Shown here piece by piece: positions 35,262-43,445 of a stretch of DNA of 43,724 nt. A program made the position numbers and the translations under genes. The stretch's first letter is position 1; each line of letters opens with the position of its first letter. Origin of the DNA: an uncultured Planctomycetales bacterium (GTDB lineage Bacteria; Planctomycetota; Phycisphaerae; UBA1845; Fen-1342); contig CAZUCH010000001.1 of NCBI GenBank assembly GCA_964619045.1, positions 1 through 43,724 on the forward strand, in the 5' to 3' direction. A model generated the notes under the pieces. That model had not been told where the DNA came from and made no database searches. It saw nothing but the letters and a program-made list of their open reading frames with translations.

Positions 35262-36413
35262 TCAATCCAAGCCCTCGGCGCGCCCCCGCCAATCATCGCC
35301 GCCCGCCACCACGACAAGCCGCCCGGATCGATCAACCACAAAGACCGCCGGAGCCTGGACCAAGCCCCACTGACGCACGAACCCCCCACCCCAGCCCAAC
35401 CCGTCGTTGACCTGCGGCCAGTCCACGCCCAACTCGCGGGCCGCGGCCCTGGTGCGCTCGGCGTCACCCTCCAGGCAGACACCCACAACGCGCACATCGT
35501 CGTTCTCGGTCCGGAAACGCTCCACCTCCGCAACGCACCGGCACGACGCCTCCGACCGAGCCTCCCACACCACAACTAGCACACGCTGCCCCCGATACGC
35601 CTCCAGCCGCACCGGCTGGCCGGCAATGTCCACGCCCGTCAGCTCGAGCAGTTCCCCCACCATTTGCCGACGATGCCACCTCGCCCGAACGGCTTCCGTG
35701 GCAACATGCCCCGGGAAGTGCTCCCGAAGATGCTCGACCGCCGCCCGCATCATGTCGGAATCGCCGCGCCGATCCGCCGCGTCGAAGCACAGGCTCGCCA
35801 GACGGGGCACGTGCCGGGATGTGGGATAGTCCTGGACGTACTGCCAGTAGGCGCCGGGCAGTTCCTCGTCCGGCTCGATGCCAGTCGCGCCACGTTCAGC
35901 GGCGCCCGCCCGCCGCCCCAGGATCATCCAGTAGGCCGCTTCGCCCGCGGCGGCGACACTGGGCGGGGTCTTGAGCAGGTCGCCGGCACGCGCCCGCAGC
36001 CGGCCCATGTCCCCACCCTGCAACATGCTGAGTTCGAAGAGCGCCGTGAGTTCGATACGTATGGCCTCATCGCGGTGCGCGCCCCCCGGATACAACGTCC
36101 CATAAAGCTGGGCGTGCTCCAGCAACCCTTCACGCCGCCGGCGGGCGCTCTCGAACCATGCCGACGCCGGCTGTGTCATGTGCTGTGGCCGTCCCAGCTC
36201 AACCACACGCTCCCACAACTCCTGCTCCCGAGCAGTAATTGGGGCACCCTCGACAGCGGGTCTACTACTAACTTCGGCGCCGCTGGCCACGGGCGCCGGG
36301 CGCGACTGGGCAACGCAGGCCGCCGTCTGCGCCAGCAGCAGCCAAGCCGCCCCCACAAGCGCGGCGTGATCTCGCGATCGGCGTGCCCGCATGACCATCA
36401 GAAGAACGCCCAT
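35262..36413 (-). CDS. secreted protein with a C-terminal TlpA/ResA-like thioredoxin fold and a non-canonical active-site region
   Basis: Signal peptide, then a helical N-domain. The C-terminal part reads GQPVRLEAYRGQRVLVVVWEARSEASCRCVAEVERF...VRVVGVCLEGD...APAVFVVDRSGRLV. This resembles TlpA, but SCRC (a CxC) replaces WCxxC. Confidence 0.65.
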   Translation of the reverse strand: MGVLLMVMRARRSRDHAALVGAAWLLLAQTAACVAQSRPAPVASGAEVSSRPAVEGAPITAREQELWERVVELGRPQHMTQPASAWFESARRRREGLLEHAQLYGTLYPGGAHRDEAIRIELTALFELSMLQGGDMGRLRARAGDLLKTPPSVAAAGEAAYWMILGRRAGAAERGATGIEPDEELPGAYWQYVQDYPTSRHVPRLASLCFDAADRRGDSDMMRAAVEHLREHFPGHVATEAVRARWHRRQMVGELLELTGVDIAGQPVRLEAYRGQRVLVVVWEARSEASCRCVAEVERFRTENDDVRVVGVCLEGDAERTRAAARELGVDWPQVNDGLGWGGGFVRQWGLVQAPAVFVVDRSGRLVVVAGGDDWRGRAEGLD

Positions 36414-37135
36414 TCATCAACGCGCAGCGTGATCAGATACAGCACCAAGTTCGTCATGCCGTGCAGCAAGACCAGGCACAGGATGGACCGTGTCCAGTAG
36501 AAAACCGCGTTGAACGTCATCCAGCACAGTATGCTGACGCCCCAGTTGTCCGGGTGCTGGACGGTCGAAATCAGCGCCGTCCCGAGGAACGAGAACCAAG
36601 TGAATCGCCCCAGCGGGATGCGGTCGAAGTTATGCCAGTCGATCAGGGCTCGCAGCAGGAACGCGCGCCAGAAAAGCTCCTCCACCACTGGAACCGCCAC
36701 GCACGCCACCATCAGCCGTAGCGTCCACGTCACGCGGAACAGGTTCACCGCCCCGAGCTCGTCGCGCGGGTCGAAGGGCAGCTTCTCCCCCGGCATCAAC
36801 GGCAAACGCCCCCCCAGCCCGTGCTGATCCAGCATGTACTGCCCGACAACCCACCCCCACGCCACGACCACGCCGCCGATGATCGCGATCGGCCAGTGCG
36901 GCTTGCCCCAAGGCGGCAAGTGTCGTCGAAACCCCCATACAACGGCCAATGACAGCACCCCGCGCAGCCCGATCGACACCGGCTTCCACGCCGGCGGAAC
37001 AACCATGTCAACGCTCATAAGCGCGATATACGCCAGCAGCGGCCCCATCAGAACGATGTCGGGCCGTGTGGCGCCCAGGCGATCAAGAGCGCCGAACGCG
37101 CCCCGCCCATTCACCTGACTAACACCACCGGCCAT
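36398..37135 (-). CDS. CPBP-family (CAAX/Abi-type) intramembrane glutamic protease
   Basis: Multi-TM protein with VPVVEELFWRAFLL (EExxxR), FLGTALISTVQH (FxxxH) and LLHGMTNLV (HxxxN). Its 3' end overlaps the start of the TlpA-like gene by 16 nt. Confidence 0.8.
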   Translation of the reverse strand: MAGGVSQVNGRGAFGALDRLGATRPDIVLMGPLLAYIALMSVDMVVPPAWKPVSIGLRGVLSLAVVWGFRRHLPPWGKPHWPIAIIGGVVVAWGWVVGQYMLDQHGLGGRLPLMPGEKLPFDPRDELGAVNLFRVTWTLRLMVACVAVPVVEELFWRAFLLRALIDWHNFDRIPLGRFTWFSFLGTALISTVQHPDNWGVSILCWMTFNAVFYWTRSILCLVLLHGMTNLVLYLITLRVDEWAFF

Positions 37136-37319
37136 TCACTCTCCAGATCACAGGTCACAGCTAGAGCAGCCCGCCACTATACCGCCCCCCACCAGCAACG
37201 AGAACCAGCTAACCACGCACGACGGCGACACCTCCTTCTCAGACTCAAAGGTGTCAACCTATTCCAGGATCGCACAAGTCGTCATGCTACATCTACGATG
37301 CGCTCGGCGGTCGTCGCTG

Positions 37320-37916
37320 TTACACGTCAAACCTGTGGTGCGTGACGGAGACATCCAACACGTTCTCCCAGTTCTTGCCCTTCTCGAGCACGTGCTTTCT
37401 GAGGAGTTCGGACATCTTGAGCTGGGCCTCATCCTGCGAACTCCCGGAGACCGTATCGCCGGTATCGGGCGAATACTGATAGAAGACGCGGTCAGCTTCC
37501 CAGCCGACGCAGGAGATGTCGATTTGCACACGATCAACCTTGTGGATCGTCGGCTTTTCCAGTTGCGCGTTGATGATCGCCTTGATGCCGTCACGCGAGA
37601 TAACTTTGCTTACGCACTGGTTAATGCCGGACCTCATCGCCAGGTGGGCGATATCAGGCGTGCTGGTCGCACTGAGGAGAATGATGGGAGTCTCGGCATA
37701 GCGCTCGATCGCCCGCACTTCCCGGCCGAAGCTGATGCCGTCTCCATCCGGCAACATGTAGTCGAGCACGAAACAGTCTATGTCGCTCCTCTCCATCATC
37801 AGCGCGGTAGCCTCCGCCACGGATGAGCAGCACACCACGTGTACGCAGTCCTTCAGGAAGCGCTCGAAGAGTTTCAGGGCGGAGTTACTGTCGTCCAGAT
37901 ATAGAATCGTTTGCAT
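37320..37916 (-). CDS. orphan response regulator: receiver domain plus an unrecognised ~80-aa C-terminal domain
   Basis: MQTILYLDDSNS.. (acidic pair), FVLDYMLPDGDG (phospho-acceptor Asp), ILLSAT (Ser/Thr) and CVSKV (Lys). The C-terminal ..KVDRVQIDISCVGWEADRVFYQYSPDTGD...NWENVLDVSVTHHRFDV matches no output domain I know. There is no adjacent histidine kinase. Confidence 0.85.
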   Translation of the reverse strand: MQTILYLDDSNSALKLFERFLKDCVHVVCCSSVAEATALMMERSDIDCFVLDYMLPDGDGISFGREVRAIERYAETPIILLSATSTPDIAHLAMRSGINQCVSKVISRDGIKAIINAQLEKPTIHKVDRVQIDISCVGWEADRVFYQYSPDTGDTVSGSSQDEAQLKMSELLRKHVLEKGKNWENVLDVSVTHHRFDV

Positions 37917-38596
37917 GCTGATCCTCAGTCTCGCCTTTGGGGACACTCAGGATCGTGGCAGCCGCAGCGAGGTTCCTCAGACACCGAACCAGTTGAGCCG
38001 CCACCTTCTCTGGCAGCCGGTTGCTTCTTCGGCGGCCGGTCTGTTGGCGACGACATCGAGTTTACCGATGAGCCCACCCAATCACAACCACCACGGCCCC
38101 GCCCCGGAGGGACGCGCTGAAAATAGCCCAGTACGAAGTGCTGGGTAAGTCGTGGAGAGTACGAACGAGTGCTGTAAGCACGATTGAAGCTCCGGTAGCC
38201 CCCAGGGGACTCGCTCTCGGTGTGCCGCACCAATCCCGGCACTCCGCGCTGGGCCATTGTCACCTCGTCCCCGCCGTCCAACCGGCCCAATACCAGAACA
38301 CGACCATACCAAGGACAAGTATGGTCCCTACGTGCCGTATGAACGCGCAACCAGGTGTTTTCACGATATTCCGCCACCCCACCCAAAGGCGTTCGGATCG
38401 TCCGGCCATCCGGGCATGAAGTCCTCTTTGGGCGGAAAGGGCGAACGCTCGTCTCTTAGCCTGTCCATCACCGGCCCCAGCCCTCCCCGTGTCCGCGACG
38501 CCGTTATCCATTATCCTTATGTGTCGAACCTCCGCCGCCTGAACCTGCTCGCGGCCGATCGTCCAACTGAATATGGCACCTACGTCGAGCAAGACC

Positions 38597-39925
38597 ATGA
38601 AGCCTGATCACAAAACCAGCCCCGTCGCCACACTGATCAGCGCCGGAGCACTACTACTGCTCGGCGGCGTCTGCCCGGCCGGCGCGCAGACCGCCACGCC
38701 GTTGACGGCCACCCAGCAGCGACAGCTCGAAGGCGTCGCGCTGGCCCAGGCTCGCACGCAATTGTTCGAGCGTGTGCGTACCCTACCGCTCGACGCTCGC
38801 CACACCGTCGCCGATTGGCTGGCCCCCGACGCCGATCTCGGGCGTGCCCTGCGGCTCTGGACCCGTGACCAAAAACGCCACGGCGATGTTCGGCTGTACT
38901 CGGACAACGTGTGCGAGGTTGACCTGCGTGTCGATCGTGACGCGTTGCACACGCAACTGAGCGCACTGATCGCGGAGTATCCCGCCGCCGCCGGCAAGGC
39001 CAAACTGACCACCGTCCAGCTCACCCGAGCCGCGCGCGGTTGGCCTGCATTATGGCAAACCGGCCGAGCGAGTCTGCCCCGCCACGCTCCCCCCGGCCAC
39101 CCGGCCGGCTGGGAAGACGTAACCCGCGAGGGGATCGACCTGGCCCGTGCCGCCGCCAGCGCCGACGCCCTGGATGCTCTGCTGGCCACAACCGGCCGCT
39201 TACAGGTCACAACCACGCAACGGCTGGAGGACTTCTTCGCCTCCAGTGACGCGGTCCGCGCGGCGGCGGCCACCGAATTGCGGCGTGGCGCCCACCTGGC
39301 GGTGGCATTCGAGCCCGATCAGCTCGCGCTCGCCACCGCCACCATCAGTCTGCACGATCTGCTGCGAGTCCTCACCCGCGTGCATCAGGAGCACTACGCC
39401 GGCTCGGATTTCGCGGCGGCCGACTTCCGCGCGATGGTGATGAGTTCCGGGCAAGGTGATGTCGTCGCCACCGGGTTGGCTGACCCGCCGGCCCGCACTA
39501 TCCTGCGTCGGCGCTACGTCCCCATTGAATACGACACGCCCGGCTGGGCCGCGAAATCGCTGACCGCCACCGGTCACTACACGCCCGCCGAGGGGACGAC
39601 ACCGGACTCCATCACGCTTGGTTGGGCAGCCTGGCTCGACGGCGTGGATAAGCTGCGTGCCAAGATCGAGCGCATCGTCATCAAGGACCGAGTCACGGTC
39701 GGCGAGTTTCTCGGCTATCACCAGGAACTCAAGGACGACGTCGCCCTGTTGCTCGGCAGCGCACGGCCGGCCGAGAGCGTGACGACGCTCGCCGATGGCG
39801 CCGTCGAGCTCGACGTCGAGTTGCCGCTACGGCGTCTGTGGGAGATAGTGCGCCGCCGAATGGTGGCCGAAGAAGTGGAGCCGCCCGTTGACGCCGCGGC
39901 ACAGCCCCGGAAGGGAACACCATGA
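38597..39925 (+). CDS. secreted protein with three ~85-aa internal repeats (LPP20/FlgP-like pattern)
   Basis: Signal peptide MKPDHKTSPVATLISAGALLLLGGVCPAGAQTA. The repeats lie at about nt 38723-38971, 39125-39382 and 39605-39856. Each has a helix, then T-V/L-x-D/E-F/W-L, then a helix, then D-G/N-x-V/C-E-V/L-D-V/L. Confidence 0.7.
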   Translation: MKPDHKTSPVATLISAGALLLLGGVCPAGAQTATPLTATQQRQLEGVALAQARTQLFERVRTLPLDARHTVADWLAPDADLGRALRLWTRDQKRHGDVRLYSDNVCEVDLRVDRDALHTQLSALIAEYPAAAGKAKLTTVQLTRAARGWPALWQTGRASLPRHAPPGHPAGWEDVTREGIDLARAAASADALDALLATTGRLQVTTTQRLEDFFASSDAVRAAAATELRRGAHLAVAFEPDQLALATATISLHDLLRVLTRVHQEHYAGSDFAAADFRAMVMSSGQGDVVATGLADPPARTILRRRYVPIEYDTPGWAAKSLTATGHYTPAEGTTPDSITLGWAAWLDGVDKLRAKIERIVIKDRVTVGEFLGYHQELKDDVALLLGSARPAESVTTLADGAVELDVELPLRRLWEIVRRRMVAEEVEPPVDAAAQPRKGTP

Positions 39926-41100
39926 GAGCGCTTATCGCCGCCGTCGTCTGCACGTGCTGCTGGTCGGCCGCGGGGCAGCAGCCCCCGCCGGCCCCCGCCG
40001 AAGAGGAGTCCCGCACCGTTACTGTAACCGCCGAGGGCTACACACGTGACGACGCCCTCAAGCAGGCGCTGCGCAGGGCGCTGGAGCAAGGCGCCGGCGT
40101 CCAGATTGCCGCCTACTCCGAGGTCGAGAACTTCGCATTGGCCCGCGACACGATCTACAGCCGAGCCGCCGGGGTCATCAGCGACTATCGCGTGCTCAGC
40201 GAGCGGGAAACCGATGCCGGCACGTGGGAGGTATCCCTGCGCGCGGTCGTCCGACGCAGCGCCGTCGCCGCCGCCTGGGGCGAGGTGCAAAACGTCCTCG
40301 ACCAGATCGGCCGTCCCAAGATCATGGTTTGGATCGACGAGTCGATCGATGGCCAGTTGCAGAAGCAATCGCTGGTCGAGAGCCGGATCGAGGAGCTACT
40401 GGTCAAGGCCGGCTTCGATCTGGTGGCCCGTGAGGGGGCGGCGGACATTCGGCGTCGCGACGTCGAGGGCCACACCGGCGGGCAGCGAACCGCCGAACAA
40501 GCTCAACTCGCCCGCGAGGCCGGCGCCCACATCCTCATCCGCGGCTACGCCAACGCCCATCGCGCCGGGCTGGAAAACCTCTACGGCACGCCCGCGGCCT
40601 TCTACAACTGCGACGTACAGGCCAAGGTCTACACCACCGATACCGCCAAGTTGCTCGCCAGCGAGTCCATCCCGGTCACGCGGCGCGGCGTCCGTTCGCG
40701 AAGGGAGTTCAGCCCGCAGGCCGCGCGGGCGGCTCTGGTCGCGGCCACCTTCCCAAGCTCCGACACACGCCGCGAGCCCGCGCTCGCCATCCGCCTCTTC
40801 GAGACCGTCATGGAGCAGTGGTCCACCCAGATCAGCGCCGGCAGCACGATCGAACTCGAAGTCGGCAACCTGGACTTCAAGCGTTTCCTGACAATCAAGA
40901 GCACGATGGCCGCGATGCAAGGCGTCCAATCGGTCAACGGCGAATTCACGGACAGCGTTGGCAAGTTCCGCGTCCAGACCACGGTTTCGGCCGCGACGCT
41001 GGCCGAGTTGCTCACACACCCCCCCTTCGACGGCTGGCTGGACATCACGGATCTCAAGCTCCAGCGTATCCGCGCCCGGAGCCTCGCCAAGCCCGAATAG
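39922..41100 (+). CDS. secreted three-domain protein (LPP20/FlgT-N-like domain, alpha/beta middle domain, C-terminal domain)
   Basis: ATGA overlap with the upstream gene. Signal peptide MRALIAAVVCTCCWSAAGQQ. The N-domain is TVTAEGYTRDDALKQALRRALEQGAGVQIAAYSEVENFALARDTIYSRAAGVISDYRVLSERETDAGTWEVSLRAVV. The middle domain is RPKIMVWIDESIDGQ...AHILIRGYANAH... Confidence 0.7.
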   Translation: MRALIAAVVCTCCWSAAGQQPPPAPAEEESRTVTVTAEGYTRDDALKQALRRALEQGAGVQIAAYSEVENFALARDTIYSRAAGVISDYRVLSERETDAGTWEVSLRAVVRRSAVAAAWGEVQNVLDQIGRPKIMVWIDESIDGQLQKQSLVESRIEELLVKAGFDLVAREGAADIRRRDVEGHTGGQRTAEQAQLAREAGAHILIRGYANAHRAGLENLYGTPAAFYNCDVQAKVYTTDTAKLLASESIPVTRRGVRSRREFSPQAARAALVAATFPSSDTRREPALAIRLFETVMEQWSTQISAGSTIELEVGNLDFKRFLTIKSTMAAMQGVQSVNGEFTDSVGKFRVQTTVSAATLAELLTHPPFDGWLDITDLKLQRIRARSLAKPE

Positions 41101-41277
41101 GCTAGGCCGTAGTCGAAGCGGCCGCGGTTTCCGAAGCTTGGCGTGGATCTGAGCGAAGAGGGTTCCCTGAAGTCCGGAGAAAGGGCGCGCGGGCTTCGGT
41201 AGCGGTTGCGCGCCGACGCGCAGCTTGGTAGAACCAGTGCTCAGCGTCTAACCGTCCCCCGATTCCCCCCCGGCGTG

Positions 41278-41904
41278 TTACGGTTTCGACGCGGCCGTCT
41301 TGATTTCGTCAAGCTTTGCCCTGACGCGGTCAGCGTGTCCTTCAGGGATTACCTCTGGCCAGTGATATGCGATCTGCCCGTCGGGATCGATCAGGACCGT
41401 GCTGCGTACCGCACGCGAGCCAAAGGGCGTCTTGACCCAGGCCCCATACGCTTCCATCACTTTGTGATCTGGGTCGGCGAGCAGCGGAACCTTGAAATCG
41501 TAGTCCTTGGTAACCTGGCGATGGCTGGCAACGCTGTCCGGGCTGATACCGTACACTTTTGCCGACAGATGCTCAAACCCGGCCTGGAGTTTCGTGAACT
41601 CACGGGCCTGGCACGTGCAGCCCGAAGTACCATCCGCGGGATAGAAGTACAGCACCACCCACGTCCCGCGATGTTCCTTGAGACTTACCTTATTGCCGTC
41701 TTGATTCAGCAACGTGAAATCGATCGCCGGCCTGCCCGTCAGCTCTGACCGGTCAGCGGCGCCGGCCTCTATCTCCGCGGCGCGCTGCGACGAGACGCAC
41801 CCGCCCACGATACAAGCCAGCATCGCCACTGGCAGCCAATGAAGAGGTCTTGTCACACACCGAGACACGTTACGAGTATCGGTTCTGGTAAATATTCCCA
41901 TCAT
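41278..41904 (-). CDS. bcp: thiol peroxidase Bcp / peroxiredoxin Q with an N-terminal export (lipoprotein-like) signal
   Basis: PAIDFTLLNQDGNKVSLKEHRGTWVVLYFYPADGTSGCTCQAREF...VYGISPDS...STVLIDPDGQIAYHW. The N-terminus LPVAMLACIVGGCVSS resembles a lipobox. Confidence 0.85.
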   Translation of the reverse strand: MMGIFTRTDTRNVSRCVTRPLHWLPVAMLACIVGGCVSSQRAAEIEAGAADRSELTGRPAIDFTLLNQDGNKVSLKEHRGTWVVLYFYPADGTSGCTCQAREFTKLQAGFEHLSAKVYGISPDSVASHRQVTKDYDFKVPLLADPDHKVMEAYGAWVKTPFGSRAVRSTVLIDPDGQIAYHWPEVIPEGHADRVRAKLDEIKTAASKP

Positions 41905-42029
41905 GGTCGTGTCCTTGCATAAGACTGAAGACGTTTGCGTGCATTCATCGCAGCGCGGTCAATGGCCGGCGTCACCAGGTGCTCCGCCCGGCGCGCGTGA
42001 CCGCCCGTTTCACTCGGGCGACTCCGCTC

Positions 42030-43445
42030 CTAGAGCACACGTAGGAATGCGACGAGATCCTCCTTCTCCTGCTCGGTTAGCTTCGTGCCGGTAACCAGAT
42101 TGAAGAACTCGACTGTGTCCTCCAGCGTCAGTAGCCGACGATCATGCAGGTACGGCGGCGAGTCCTTGATCCCGCGCAGCGGGAAGGTCTTGATCGGACC
42201 ATCCGCGGAGGCCATTCGGCCGTTGATCATGTGCGGCTTGAAGAACCGCTCCGCACGGAGATTGTACATCAGGTTGTCGGTGTAGAACGGCGCTGGGTGG
42301 CACTCGCCGCAACGACCCTTGTTGAAGAATATCTCCTGGCCGCGAATCTCAGACGCCGTCGCCTTGCTCTCGTCGAGCTTGCCGAACACGTCGAGTTTGG
42401 GCGCCGGCGGGAAGTCGAGCAGCGCCTCGAACTCGGCCATGAAATGCACCTGGCTGCCGCGGTCCAGGATGTTCACGCCCTTTTTGGTGGCAATCACGGG
42501 GTCGCCGTCGAAGTAGGCCGCCCGTTGCTCGAATTCGGTGAAGTCCTCGACGCTCTTCATGGCACGCTGCGAGCCGAACAGCCGCTGGATATTCACGCCC
42601 CGTAGCGGCGGCGTATCCAGCCCGTGCCGAAACTCTTGCGGCCGAATGTCCCCCACCAAGTGAGTGGCGGCATTCGTATGGCCGTTGACGTGGCAATCGA
42701 AGCACGTCACGCCCCGATGCGGTCGCACCGAGCGGCGATCCTCGGTCTGGTTGAACTGCTGCTGCGGGAAGGGCGTCACCAGCAGGCGTAGTCCTTCGAT
42801 CTGCTTCGGGTTCAGGATGCCGTTGAACAGCTTATAGTAATTGTCAATCGTGACGACTTTCCCCTGGGAAACGTCACCGAGATCCGGCCGGGTTGTCAGG
42901 TACATTGGCGGCGGATACTCGGGCAGGAAGTGGGTGGGGAGATCGTAGTCCAGGTCAAAGCGTGTCAGGTCAATGTCCGTCTGTCGCTTGATCTCGTCGA
43001 TGTGATACTGTGGGAAGACCATGCCCCCCTCGGCATGGTTCGGGTGTGGCAGGGGCAGGAATCCCCTGGGCCACAGCCCTTCTTCCTTGGTCTGCTCGGG
43101 CGTCATCTCGGCGAGTTTCCGCCACGTGACGCCGGCTGCCAACTTGACGCGCACGCCTTCCTGGATCGCCTTGCCGCTCGACATGGTGACGCCGCTCGCA
43201 GGACGATCAGTCATGTCATACCGTTCGTCCAGTAGGTTCATCTGGCGTTTCATGACGGCGGCCTTGGCCGCCGCCATGCGGGCCATCACGTCGTCGAAGC
43301 TTTCCGTAAGCGCCACCGGTGCATAGCTTGTCGGCATCTTGTCCTGGGCTTGCGCCACGACCAACCCGACGGCCACGGTCGCCAGGATCGCCACGGCCAT
43401 CACGGGCCAACGAGGAAGTACAGCGAAGTGTTGGGTGTGCTTCAT
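42030..43445 (-). CDS. di-haem cytochrome c peroxidase / MauG-family protein
   Basis: Signal/anchor sequence, two CxxCH motifs (GVTCFDCHVNGH and RCGECHPAPFYTD) and the C-terminal ..GIKDSPPYLHDRRLLTLEDTVEFF.. typical of the CCP family. Confidence 0.85.
   Translation of the reverse strand: MKHTQHFAVLPRWPVMAVAILATVAVGLVVAQAQDKMPTSYAPVALTESFDDVMARMAAAKAAVMKRQMNLLDERYDMTDRPASGVTMSSGKAIQEGVRVKLAAGVTWRKLAEMTPEQTKEEGLWPRGFLPLPHPNHAEGGMVFPQYHIDEIKRQTDIDLTRFDLDYDLPTHFLPEYPPPMYLTTRPDLGDVSQGKVVTIDNYYKLFNGILNPKQIEGLRLLVTPFPQQQFNQTEDRRSVRPHRGVTCFDCHVNGHTNAATHLVGDIRPQEFRHGLDTPPLRGVNIQRLFGSQRAMKSVEDFTEFEQRAAYFDGDPVIATKKGVNILDRGSQVHFMAEFEALLDFPPAPKLDVFGKLDESKATASEIRGQEIFFNKGRCGECHPAPFYTDNLMYNLRAERFFKPHMINGRMASADGPIKTFPLRGIKDSPPYLHDRRLLTLEDTVEFFNLVTGTKLTEQEKEDLVAFLRVL

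Noticed and set aside
33035-38600. Possible genomic island integrated at tRNA-Lys, prompted by the lower-GC response regulator and the non-coding gap downstream.
   Set aside because: There is no integrase or transposase. I found no direct repeat of the tRNA 3' end; the best match is a 9-nt ttcgagccc at about 39308. The intervening genes look compositionally native by eye.
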